Notes: generated from the letters alone by a model not told the origin. DNA of 40,604 nt from Burkholderiaceae bacterium (GCA_947371415.1 CANBPJ010000001.1:1-40604); one strand, 5' to 3'; positions 1-8,868 are shown, numbered from the stretch's first letter. A program made the numbers and translations.

Positions 1-1182
1 TTACCTGTTTATATCCATCAAGAGGCTCGCGAATTAAATGCCTATGATGTTGAGAGGGCAGGCGCGCATCGAAAACAATTTCTGAGGCAATCCTTAGATG
101 ATCTCAAGAGCCAATTGCAAGAATTGAATTCAAACTTATTTGAATTCAATGCCCAGCCCAATGAAGTGCTTCCACGTTTGGTAAAGACCTTGGGTGCTAA
201 GGCAATCTATTGTGAGCAAATTGAGGCTCCTGAGGAATTAGAGCAAGTCGCCTCACTGCGAGAGATGGATCTGGATGTACAGGATTTTTGGCAATCGAGC
301 ATGTTAGATCCCCAATATTTTCCTTTTGGGGTTCAAGAGATGCCTGACATCTTTACGCAATTTCGTCGGGCAGTAGAGGCTGCGGGACTCAGGTTTACCA
401 ATCCTGTAAGCACTTCTGAAATCTTTCCTTCACTGCCATCAATGGATGGTCTTGGTGAGCTGTCGACTGAAGCATCGCTAGCTCATGAGCAGATTCAAGT
501 CGGCTATTTGGGCGGGGAGGGTCATGCCCGAGCTCATCTAAAGCAATATCTTGAGCGTCGCCTGCCAGATACCTATAAGGAAACTCGCAATCAACTGATC
601 GGTCAAGATTATTCCAGTAAATTTTCCCCATGGCTCGCTTTGGGTTGTATTTCTGCCAGAGTTCTTGCTGGAGAGTTGGCTGCATATGAAAAGCGCTATG
701 GCGCCAATGATGGGACTTACTGGCTCTGGTTTGAGTTGTTATGGCGTGATTACTTTCGGTTCCTTCACTTTAAGTTTGGAAGGCGCTTATATCAAACACG
801 CGGGCTTAGTAAACTAGCTGAAACTGTAACGCCGTTCGATGCCGTGAAGTTTGAGCAATGGCGCTCTGGAAATACAGGCGAGCCATTAATTGATGCGGGG
901 ATGCGTGAGTTAAAGGCGAGTGGCTACCTATCAAATCGCATGCGCCAGATCGTGGCAAGCTACTGGATTTATGACATGCAGGGAGATTGGCGTGCCGGAG
1001 CGGCCTGGTTTGAGTCCCAGCTCATTGATTACGACGTCTATAGCAATCAAGGTAATTGGCTTTACATAGCTGGTCGAGGAACAGACCCAAGAGGCGGCAG
1101 ACCCTTTAACATCGCCAAACAAACTCAAGATCATGACCCTCAGGCAATTTATCGTCGCTTATGGCTTGAGCGCAATAGATAA
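1..1182 (+). CDS. DASH-family cryptochrome (5'-truncated by the window edge)
   Basis: Frame is open from base 1 (LPVYIHQ...RKQFLRQSLDDLK). Photolyase FAD-domain motifs GGE, YKETRN, SSKFSPWLALGCIS, ELLWRDYF, SNRMRQ and the DASH-like DYDVYSNQGNWLYIAGRGTDPR. Confidence 0.9.
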   Translation, partial: LPVYIHQEARELNAYDVERAGAHRKQFLRQSLDDLKSQLQELNSNLFEFNAQPNEVLPRLVKTLGAKAIYCEQIEAPEELEQVASLREMDLDVQDFWQSSMLDPQYFPFGVQEMPDIFTQFRRAVEAAGLRFTNPVSTSEIFPSLPSMDGLGELSTEASLAHEQIQVGYLGGEGHARAHLKQYLERRLPDTYKETRNQLIGQDYSSKFSPWLALGCISARVLAGELAAYEKRYGANDGTYWLWFELLWRDYFRFLHFKFGRRLYQTRGLSKLAETVTPFDAVKFEQWRSGNTGEPLIDAGMRELKASGYLSNRMRQIVASYWIYDMQGDWRAGAAWFESQLIDYDVYSNQGNWLYIAGRGTDPRGGRPFNIAKQTQDHDPQAIYRRLWLERNR

Positions 1183-1183
1183 A

Positions 1184-1564
1184 TTAGAGTTCTTCTAGGG
1201 CGGCGTATTGCAGCAATGTTTCTAGGGAGATTTTTTCTAAAGCCTTCGCATTGGTGCTCTCGAGTTTAATCATGGGTGCACAGTTTGCCTCTAGGGCTTC
1301 GATCCAGCGATTTAGACATAGACACCATTGATCTCCCGCAACCAAGCCGGGGAATTGATACTCAGCTCTTGGGGTGATGAGGTCATTTCCGCGCTCCAAA
1401 CTAAATTGCAGAAAATCATTCGTGAGTACTGCGCAGACGAGATGACTTCCCGCATCTTCCTCATTTGTCTTGCAGCAACCATCTCTAAAGAAACCTGTTA
1501 AAGGATCAAAGGAGCAGGGAACCAGTGGCTGACCTAAAACATTGAAGGATGATTCTGCTTGCAT
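1184..1564 (-). CDS. DUF2237 family protein
   Basis: NVLGQPLVPCS..PLTGFFRDGCC..D.GSHLVCA..GNDLITP..FPGL..GDQWCLC..RW pattern. Confidence 0.85.
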   Translation of the reverse strand: MQAESSFNVLGQPLVPCSFDPLTGFFRDGCCKTNEEDAGSHLVCAVLTNDFLQFSLERGNDLITPRAEYQFPGLVAGDQWCLCLNRWIEALEANCAPMIKLESTNAKALEKISLETLLQYAALEEL

Positions 1565-1618
1565 AAGTGCTCTTTGTATTAAAAAAATAGGGGGTGTAAA
1601 AAGAAAAATAGACTAGCT

Positions 1619-2197
1619 TTATGGGCTTGGGTACAACTTGAAAGATAGAGGTTTTCCGGCGGGGTCTACTTTGACCAAGACCATGTCACCGGAGTTAACA
1701 ACCATACCAATATAGGATTGAATATTCACATGGTGGGTCACCATAATGATGGGCATATTTGGGTATTGCTTGCGTTCCGTTGCGATGAGTTTTGTTAAAT
1801 CGTCCGTTTGTTTTTTTGCTTGGCTCATATCGTCAAAAAACGAACCTAATGAGGCTTCTTTTTTTACTGCACCCTTGTTTAGCAATGTGGCCGTATCGAT
1901 GCAGCGACACCAAGCGCTGCTGTAGACTTTGGCTTGATCAATTCCTTGCTTAGATAGCCAGTCACCAATACCCTTGGCTTGTTTTCGCCCCAAGTCGCCA
2001 AGATTGCGTTGAGTGGAGCATTGGCCAATTTGATAGTTTTGAGGATCACCATAACCAGGCGCATCAGCATGTCTCATTAATAGGACATGTTGCCCATCCT
2101 GTAAGTGGCTGGCTAATTCGCTTTGCGCTATCGCTAATTTGCTCTGAGCGCACAGTAGGGTAACGATCAATAAGAAAAAAGATAGACGGAATTTAAT
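1619..2197 (-). CDS. Exported histidine phosphatase (phosphoglycerate mutase-like) family protein; start uncertain (TTG 2170 or ATT 2197)
   Basis: LLMRHA, QRNL, SSAWCRCIDTA and VTH motifs; signal-peptide-like N-terminus ending AIA. Confidence 0.8.
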   Translation of the reverse strand: MKFRLSFFLLIVTLLCAQSKLAIAQSELASHLQDGQHVLLMRHADAPGYGDPQNYQIGQCSTQRNLGDLGRKQAKGIGDWLSKQGIDQAKVYSSAWCRCIDTATLLNKGAVKKEASLGSFFDDMSQAKKQTDDLTKLIATERKQYPNMPIIMVTHHVNIQSYIGMVVNSGDMVLVKVDPAGKPLSFKLYPSP

Positions 2198-2210
2198 CGA
2201 GATATATGGC

Positions 2211-2906
2211 CTACCAAGGTAGACGCTCTCCCGAATAGCTAATAAAGGCTCCTGAATCCTCTTTATTTAATGATAGTAAGACTTTGAGCATATCGCTTGC
2301 GGCATCTGTGGGCAGCCTACCGATTTGCTCACCCTTGAATGGTTTGGATAGTCTGGAATTCACTGTTCCAGGGTGCAGGGCCACTAAAGCCGTATTGGGT
2401 CTAGTTCTGCCAAATTCAATCGCGGCCGTTTTGATCAGCATATTTAAGGCTGCCTTAGAGGCGCGGTAGCTGTACCAGCCACCCAGTCGATTGTCCTCGA
2501 TGCTCCCTACCTTGGCAGATAAGGTCGCCATGACCGCACCCGCAGGATCTAGTAGTTTAGAAAAGGATTTGATCGTGAGGCCGGGACCAATTGTATTGAC
2601 CTGCATTAGCGCCTGAAGTTGCTCGGCATTAAGGTCATCTAATTTCTTCTCGGGCATCCAGTGCTCGGAGTGCAGCACCCCAATTGTGTTGATGATGAGC
2701 TGAAAAGGGCCTGCATCGGTCAAGGCAGTGGCAGCCGATTCAATTGAGCTGAAATCCTGGTAATTAATTGGAATGGGTGAGTTTCGATGAATGCCGTAAA
2801 CAGTACTGCAAGAAGGGTTGCTCCCCAGCAATTCCATAAATGCTGATCCAATGGTTCCGGAGGATCCAATGACTAATGCGCGAAAGGGCTGCGGAACTAA
2901 AGGCAT
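2211..2906 (-). CDS. SDR family oxidoreductase, CsgA/C-factor-like
   Basis: GSSGTIG, PEKKL, SAKVGSIEDNRLGGWYSYRASKAALN (YxxxK) and LHPGTV. Confidence 0.9.
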   Translation of the reverse strand: MPLVPQPFRALVIGSSGTIGSAFMELLGSNPSCSTVYGIHRNSPIPINYQDFSSIESAATALTDAGPFQLIINTIGVLHSEHWMPEKKLDDLNAEQLQALMQVNTIGPGLTIKSFSKLLDPAGAVMATLSAKVGSIEDNRLGGWYSYRASKAALNMLIKTAAIEFGRTRPNTALVALHPGTVNSRLSKPFKGEQIGRLPTDAASDMLKVLLSLNKEDSGAFISYSGERLPW

Positions 2907-2978
2907 AAGGGCGGCAATGGTAAGAGCTTCTTTAAATGGGGCTCAGCTAGTTTATTGAATAAGTCTTAAACTTGCTTG

Positions 2979-3251
2979 ATGACTTTTCAGGCTCCTAAAT
3001 CCCTTTCCGAGGCTGACCTCTCCCGTTTAATTGAAATGGCTTGGGAGGACCGCACTCCATTTGATGCTATTGAGCAAAACTTTGGTCTATCAGAGCCACA
3101 AGTCATTGCCATCATGCGTTCGGAACTCAAGCGCTCTTCATTTAATTTGTGGCGTAAAAGAGTGACGGGCAGAGCGACAAAACATCTTGCACTTAGAAGT
3201 AAGTTGGTAACGCGCGCCTATTGCGCTACACAATATAAACAAAAGTCATGA
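2979..3251 (+). CDS. TIGR03643/DUF2805 family protein
   Basis: RLIEMAWEDRTPFDAI..FGLSE..VI..MR..LK.SSF.LWRKRV.GR.TKH. Confidence 0.85.
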   Translation: MTFQAPKSLSEADLSRLIEMAWEDRTPFDAIEQNFGLSEPQVIAIMRSELKRSSFNLWRKRVTGRATKHLALRSKLVTRAYCATQYKQKS

Positions 3252-3652
3252 CGATGAAAAAGCTAACGATGTATTACGACGGACTGTGCCCTTTATGCCA
3301 AGCCGAAATTCTATTTTTGTCAGGGCGCAATCAGGCTGATTTATTAAGTTTTGTGGATGTCAACTCTACGCAATATGCGGCAGATGTTGTGGGCATATCT
3401 TGTCAGCAAGCTTTAGATTCTATGTATGCCCAATATGATGACGGCCAGCTTATTAATGGTGTAGATGTTTTCACTGCGGCATATGAGAGGGCGGGCCTGC
3501 CCAAATTGGCTTGGTTGTTTTCGCGACCCAGCTTGCGACCGATATTGACACGAGGATATCGATTTTTTGCCAAAAACCGCCATGCTATTTCGAGCATATT
3601 CGGCCCTAGCGCATTGCGCTTAGTCAGGGCAACATCCCGACAGAAGGAGTGA
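3248..3652 (+). CDS. DCC1-like (DUF393) thiol-disulfide oxidoreductase
   Basis: YYDGLCPLC (DxxCxxC) and C-terminal YRFFAKNR; ATGA overlap with the upstream gene. Confidence 0.85.
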   Translation: MTMKKLTMYYDGLCPLCQAEILFLSGRNQADLLSFVDVNSTQYAADVVGISCQQALDSMYAQYDDGQLINGVDVFTAAYERAGLPKLAWLFSRPSLRPILTRGYRFFAKNRHAISSIFGPSALRLVRATSRQKE

Positions 3653-3655
3653 GCG

Positions 3656-4213
3656 ATGAGGAAGCAATTTTTAAAAAGTAGCGCCACCCTGTTTATTGTG
3701 CTTTCCCTTATGGCTAGCTTAAGTAGTGCTAGGGATACATCTCACATCGAACTCGCCATGAATCAATCTCAGTTGCAAGGCTCTGGCAGATTGAACTTTT
3801 GGGGCTTTCATATTTACGATGCAGCGCTATATCGCGCCAGCAATTCGAGTACACCGGATTTCGCGTTGGATATCCAATATCAAAAATCGTTCTCAGGAGG
3901 CGCGCTTGCCAACAAAACAGCAGATGAGATGAAGAAGATAGGTGTATCAGAGACGCAGGCAGTGATTTGGGGGAAAGAATTAGCGGCAGTTTTACCCAAT
4001 GTTGAGCCGGGGCAAACTCTTACGGGTGTCTACTCCCCCAAAGTTGGCACTACCTTATTTTATGAGGGCAAAAAAATTGCCCAAATTCCCGACACTGAAT
4101 TTTCAAAAGCTTTTTTTGGAATTTGGCTCGATCCTAAAACCAGCGCACCCAAGTTAAGAGCGGAATTACTTGGCAATGGCTGCCCACCCACCTTGATTTC
4201 TGGAGCTTGTTAA
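3656..4213 (+). CDS. Exported chalcone-isomerase-like protein
   Basis: Signal peptide; GSGRL.FWGF.IYDA.LY and FFGIWLDPKTSAPKLRAELLG. Confidence 0.85.
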   Translation: MRKQFLKSSATLFIVLSLMASLSSARDTSHIELAMNQSQLQGSGRLNFWGFHIYDAALYRASNSSTPDFALDIQYQKSFSGGALANKTADEMKKIGVSETQAVIWGKELAAVLPNVEPGQTLTGVYSPKVGTTLFYEGKKIAQIPDTEFSKAFFGIWLDPKTSAPKLRAELLGNGCPPTLISGAC

Positions 4214-4768
4214 ATGCGAATGATCATCATGGTATCTAAGTTCCTCGCCAGTTCATTGCTGGTCGTCAGCGTGCTTGCTTGTTCCTCGCCAACAGTGACG
4301 CAATATGCACAAGAGAAGCCTCAGTTGGATCTCAGCGAGTATTTCAACGGCACGATTGATGCATATGGGATCTTTACTGATCGCAGTGGCAATGTTCAAA
4401 AAAGATTCACGGTGCTGATGCTAGCCAAGTGGTCAATAGTGGATGGCAAGAAAACAGGTGTCCTAGATGAAAGCTTCGAATATTCAGACGGCACAAAACA
4501 AAAACGCATTTGGACTTTGGTGGAGACTTCCCCCGGCAAATTCATTGGCACTGCCGATGATGTGATTGGCGAAGCTATTGGTGCGTCCTCGGGTAATGCT
4601 TTAAATTGGACTTATACGCTTGCATTACCGGTGGATCAATCCATTTACCATGTGCAGTTTGATGATTGGATGTACTTGGTGACACCCAAGGTCATGATCA
4701 ATAAAGCGAAGATGAGTAAGTTTGGGATTAATCTTGGCGAAGTGACCCTGAGTTTTTACAAGCGCTGA
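4214..4768 (+). CDS. DUF3833 family lipoprotein
   Basis: Lipobox VLAC; YFNG...AYG.F.DRSG...RF, LDE.F.YSDG..Q.R.W, FDDWMYL and SKFG. Confidence 0.85.
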   Translation: MRMIIMVSKFLASSLLVVSVLACSSPTVTQYAQEKPQLDLSEYFNGTIDAYGIFTDRSGNVQKRFTVLMLAKWSIVDGKKTGVLDESFEYSDGTKQKRIWTLVETSPGKFIGTADDVIGEAIGASSGNALNWTYTLALPVDQSIYHVQFDDWMYLVTPKVMINKAKMSKFGINLGEVTLSFYKR

Positions 4769-4794
4769 TATCGCCCATATACAGAAAGTCAATA

Positions 4795-6321
4795 TTGAAA
4801 AAGCTTGTACTCATCCTGGGTGATCAGCTAGATATCCATAGCCCAGTGCTAAAAAAGATCGACTCGAAGATAGATCAAGTGATCATGATTGAGTCAGCGA
4901 ATGAAGCTCAGCATGTTTGGTCCCATAAAGCCAAGATCGCCTTATTTTTGTCGGCAATGCGGCACTTTGCTGAGCACCTCAAAAGTCTTGGCCTGCCTCT
5001 GGCGTATATTCAACATTCACCCAAAACGATTGTCGAGGAACTGAGAAGCAAAGTTATTGATGGACAATTTACCCATCTCATTTGCACCGAGCCTGGAGAG
5101 TGGCGGCTGAAGGGGGCTATTGAAGACTTAGCCTCTGAGTTACATATCACTTTAGAGATGCATGAAGATCCGCATTTCTACTGCTCACATCACGAGTTTA
5201 AAGACTGGGTTGCCAATAAAAAAGAGTTGCGACTGGAGTACTTTTACAGACTCATGCGCAAGACCCATAACATCTTGGTCGATCAGGATGGAAACCCAGA
5301 GGGTGGGCAATGGAACTTTGACCGGGATAATCGTAAGCCTTTTCCGAAGAAAGGCCCTGGATTAATTCCCCCTCCAGCCTTATTTGAGCCAGACGATATT
5401 AGTAAAGCGGTATTGGCTGAAGTTGAGCAAAGGTATTCAGATCACCCTGGATCGCTGGCACACTTTCGGTGGCCAGTTACTCGCGCCCAAGCGCTTGAGG
5501 TGCTCGAGGGATTTGTAGAGCATCGCTTGGCAACTTTCGGCATCCATGAGGATGCGATGTGGACTGATACTCCCTTCGGGTGGCACTCATTGCTTTCTAG
5601 TTCGCTAAACCTCAAACTACTGAATCCAAGAGAGGTGATCGATGCGGTATTGGTTGCCTGGAAAAAAGATGACTTAGAGCTTGCAACTGTAGAGGGATTT
5701 ATCCGTCAAATTTTGGGTTGGCGAGAATTTGTGCGTGGGATGTATTACCTCGACATGCCACAAATGGCACTGGATAATTTTTACGAACATCAGAATGCCC
5801 TACCTGCCTGGTATTGGACTGGCAAAACTAATATGAGGTGCATGCAAGAGGCGATTGGGCAAACGCTGCAGTTCGGCTACGCACACCATATTCAGCGATT
5901 AATGGTGACGGGTAACTTTGCGCTGTTAGCTGAGGTCTTGCCAAAAGAAGTATGTGATTGGTACTTAGCGATTTATATTGATGCGATTGAATGGGTGGAG
6001 TTGCCTAATACTGCTGGGATGGCCCTGTTTGCAAGTGGCGGACGCTTTACTAGTAAACCCTACATTGCTAGCGGTGCCTACATTAAGCGCATGAGTAACT
6101 ATTGCGACACATGCCAATATAAGCCCGATATTCGCTTCGGGGAGGGTGCTTGCCCCGTCACTAATCTATATTGGAACTTTTTGATTAAGCACCGCACTCA
6201 ATTTGAGGCTAGCCCGCGGACTAGATTGATGACCGCCAACTTATCCCGAATTAGTGAGGCGGATCAGCAGTCTATTCAGGTTCATGCCAAAGGGCTACTG
6301 GGGGATCTGCACTCTCTGTAA
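4795..6321 (+). CDS. Fe-S bacterial cryptochrome/photolyase (FeS-BCP/CryPro; PhrB/CryB-like (6-4) photolyase)
   Basis: LILGDQL, H..KI...LSAMRHF, PEGGQWNFD.DNR, EGFIRQILGWRE, HHIQRLMV, SKPY..SG.YI.RMS; four cluster Cys (MRCM, YCDTC, ACP); TTG start. Confidence 0.92.
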   Translation: MKKLVLILGDQLDIHSPVLKKIDSKIDQVIMIESANEAQHVWSHKAKIALFLSAMRHFAEHLKSLGLPLAYIQHSPKTIVEELRSKVIDGQFTHLICTEPGEWRLKGAIEDLASELHITLEMHEDPHFYCSHHEFKDWVANKKELRLEYFYRLMRKTHNILVDQDGNPEGGQWNFDRDNRKPFPKKGPGLIPPPALFEPDDISKAVLAEVEQRYSDHPGSLAHFRWPVTRAQALEVLEGFVEHRLATFGIHEDAMWTDTPFGWHSLLSSSLNLKLLNPREVIDAVLVAWKKDDLELATVEGFIRQILGWREFVRGMYYLDMPQMALDNFYEHQNALPAWYWTGKTNMRCMQEAIGQTLQFGYAHHIQRLMVTGNFALLAEVLPKEVCDWYLAIYIDAIEWVELPNTAGMALFASGGRFTSKPYIASGAYIKRMSNYCDTCQYKPDIRFGEGACPVTNLYWNFLIKHRTQFEASPRTRLMTANLSRISEADQQSIQVHAKGLLGDLHSL

Positions 6322-6368
6322 ATCTGTGTCACACTTTCGCTACACCAATCAGCGGGCCCAAAATCGCA

Positions 6369-6821
6369 ATGAGAATAGAAGATACTGATCCAGCAAGGCA
6401 TGCTGGCATTGAATACCCTATGGAGGTAGGTGCGCCCGTATTTGCACCTATCAAAGTCGTAGAAGAGAAGGATAAGGCCGTCAATGTGGCTCGCCAAAAT
6501 GCGAAGCTGGAATACGATCGCATCATGGAGCAAGCGGAAGTATTGATGAAGCAGGCACGCGCACTCCAGGCCCGACTAGATGCTACTGAAATGGTACATA
6601 GCGCTAAATTTAGCTTCAACCCTATTCATGGGAAGATATATCACCTCTATTTTGATAGTCGCAATGCGGTAAATGTCTTGATTCAGAATGGCCCCCATCA
6701 GTGGAGTTGTGGCATTCCTGATGCGTGGACATACTCTATGGCGGTGAAAAAGCTAGGTGATAGTACTTGGGCTGTAATTGAGGAGGAAGAGAATGCATCT
6801 TCCTCGCTTGCGGTAAGATAA
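6369..6821 (+). CDS. DUF2452 domain protein
   Basis: YPMEVGAP.FAP, helical EQA..L.KQA..L, H.AKF.F.P..G.IYHLY, GP..W. Confidence 0.7.
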   Translation: MRIEDTDPARHAGIEYPMEVGAPVFAPIKVVEEKDKAVNVARQNAKLEYDRIMEQAEVLMKQARALQARLDATEMVHSAKFSFNPIHGKIYHLYFDSRNAVNVLIQNGPHQWSCGIPDAWTYSMAVKKLGDSTWAVIEEEENASSSLAVR

Positions 6822-6850
6822 TTTTTTATATAAAAATAATAAGGTGACTT

Positions 6851-7831
6851 GTGACAACTGCACGAATTGTTAGTCTTTCCGAACTCGGCAATGCCGACGT
6901 AATCAAATTGATCAATAAAGAATTACCTGCACCAGCCAAAGGTGAGGTGCAACTTCGTCAAACAGCGATTGGCTTTAACTTCATCGACGTATATCAAAGG
7001 TCAGGCGTCTATCCCTTGGAATTGCCTACAGGCCTTGGTCATGAAGCAGTTGGCGTAGTTGAGGTTCTAGGCGAAGGCGTTACTCGCTTTAAGGTGGGCG
7101 ATCGTGTGATGTATATGAATGCTGGTATTGGGGCTTATGCAAGCGCTCGTAATGTTGCCGTTGATAAGTTGGTGGCTGTTCCAGATGCCGTCTCTGACGA
7201 GGTTGCCGCCGCAGTATTTTTTAAAGCAATGACAGCGCAATACTTGGTTCAAAAAACGTACAAAGTGAAATCTGGTGATGTAGTTTTGGTTCATGCTGCC
7301 GCTGGTGGTGTTGGCCAAATCCTGGCTGGTTGGGCAAAGTCTTTGGGTGCTTTTGTCGTTGGCACTGTAGGCTCTGAAGCCAAATTTGCCGTGGCAAAGG
7401 AGGCGGGATGTGATGCCGTAGTGGATTACTCTAATCCGAACTGGGTTGAGGAGGTGCTGAAGGCAACCGGTGGTCGTAAGGCAAATGTGGTTTATGACTC
7501 AGTGGCTAAAACGACATTCTTAGGATCGCTTGAATGCGCCGCTCCATTTGGCACAGTAGCTTTGTTTGGTGCAGCCTCAGGCCCAGCCCCTGAAATTCAG
7601 CCAGAGATTTTGAATAAGAAGGGTTGCTTGTTCTTAACCAGGCCTTCCGTGTTTCCGCACAATGCCACCCCTGAACTGCTCCAGGAAAATGCTCGCGCTG
7701 TATTTGATGCTATTGCCCAGGGTAGAGTCAAGGTGAAGATTGGCGCTAAATTTACACTCGAGCAAGCTGCTGAAGCGCACAAAGCGGCAGAAGGAAGAAA
7801 AGTTTCTGGCGCCATTGTGATTACGCCCTAA
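6851..7831 (+). CDS. qor: NADPH:quinone oxidoreductase (zeta-crystallin/MDR family)
   Basis: AIGFNFID.YQRSG.YP, VLVHAAAGGVG, FLTRPS; GTG start with AAGGTG SD. Confidence 0.9.
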   Translation: MTTARIVSLSELGNADVIKLINKELPAPAKGEVQLRQTAIGFNFIDVYQRSGVYPLELPTGLGHEAVGVVEVLGEGVTRFKVGDRVMYMNAGIGAYASARNVAVDKLVAVPDAVSDEVAAAVFFKAMTAQYLVQKTYKVKSGDVVLVHAAAGGVGQILAGWAKSLGAFVVGTVGSEAKFAVAKEAGCDAVVDYSNPNWVEEVLKATGGRKANVVYDSVAKTTFLGSLECAAPFGTVALFGAASGPAPEIQPEILNKKGCLFLTRPSVFPHNATPELLQENARAVFDAIAQGRVKVKIGAKFTLEQAAEAHKAAEGRKVSGAIVITP

Positions 7832-7852
7832 ACAATAAAACTGTTTGATGGG

Positions 7853-7878
7853 AGCCCCGCTTTAGCGGGGTTTTTTAT
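7853..7878 (+). terminator. Intrinsic terminator after qor
   Basis: AGCCCCGC-TTTA-GCGGGGTT followed by a T-run. Confidence 0.85.
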
Positions 7879-8010
7879 TGGAATCACTGGGCCTTAGGCT
7901 GCCTTTCTGAAAAATGAAATGCCTATAAATTGATGCAGTGCCATATAAACGGGCTTGCCTTTTCTCCGCTATAGTTTGACAAGATTAATAATAAAAACCT
8001 GGAGAAAATC

Positions 8011-8868
8011 ATGCGTACTCATATTTTTGCTGGTTCTTTGGTGGCGGGGATGATTTCTGCAATGCTACTGAGCCCTATGGCTTCTGCGCAAACTCAAGCG
8101 ACCAGTAAAGCGAATGCTCAAGGTGGTGCCGAGCTCTTATGGTTGGGCCAGGCTGGATTTCGGATCAAGAGTCCTAATGGCAAGATGATTCTGATTGATC
8201 CTTGGATTACTGGTGGACCAAAAACGCCACCGATGTATAAAAATGATTTGGCCGCTATTGGACCTATCGATTTATTGTTGGTAACGCATGCTCACGTGGA
8301 CCACATTGGCGATGCCCCAGCGCTTGCCAAAATGAACAATACCAAATTGTATGGTCCAGCAGATATGGTGACGCCACTCATTACCTTGGGAATATTGCCT
8401 GCCGACCTTGGTTATCGATTTAATAAAACAGGTCGAGTCACACCTTTGCCTGGTATTAAGGTGACGGCCGTTCAGGCAGAGCATTCTTCTTTGTTGGTTT
8501 GGAAAAACCCTGTAACTGAGAAAATGGAGTCTCATCCTGCTGGCGAGCCAATGGGCTACATCATTGAGCTAGAGAATGGTTTCAAAATCTGGCATATGGG
8601 TGATACAGGGCTCTTTAGTGATATGAAGTTTATTGCTGAGCACTACAAGCCAGACCTGGTACTGATTCCGATTGGTGGAAATTTCACGATGGCTCCGGAT
8701 GATGCTGCTTTTGCTTTGCGTACATGGGTAAAGCCAAAGATGGTCATCCCAATGCACTACAACTCTAACCCGCTCACAAAAGGTACTTTGGCAGAATTTC
8801 AGGATGCTATGAAGGGCAGCCCAATCAAAATTATTCCAATGACCGAAGGTCAGACTGTTCAGTTTTAA
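8011..8868 (+). CDS. Exported metallo-beta-lactamase-fold metal-dependent hydrolase (UPF0173-like)
   Basis: WLGQA, LIDPW, THAHVDH (HxHxDH), AEHSS, HMGDT, PIGGNFTM, IPMHY; Sec-type signal ending ASA; GGAG SD. Confidence 0.85.
   Translation: MRTHIFAGSLVAGMISAMLLSPMASAQTQATSKANAQGGAELLWLGQAGFRIKSPNGKMILIDPWITGGPKTPPMYKNDLAAIGPIDLLLVTHAHVDHIGDAPALAKMNNTKLYGPADMVTPLITLGILPADLGYRFNKTGRVTPLPGIKVTAVQAEHSSLLVWKNPVTEKMESHPAGEPMGYIIELENGFKIWHMGDTGLFSDMKFIAEHYKPDLVLIPIGGNFTMAPDDAAFALRTWVKPKMVIPMHYNSNPLTKGTLAEFQDAMKGSPIKIIPMTEGQTVQF

Noticed and set aside
6783-6836. GAGGAAGA/TCTTCCTC hairpin at the end of DUF2452 and the TTTTTATATAAAAA palindrome
   Set aside because: The stem is coding and not directly followed by a U-tract, and the palindrome is low-complexity AT; neither is enough to call a terminator or operator.
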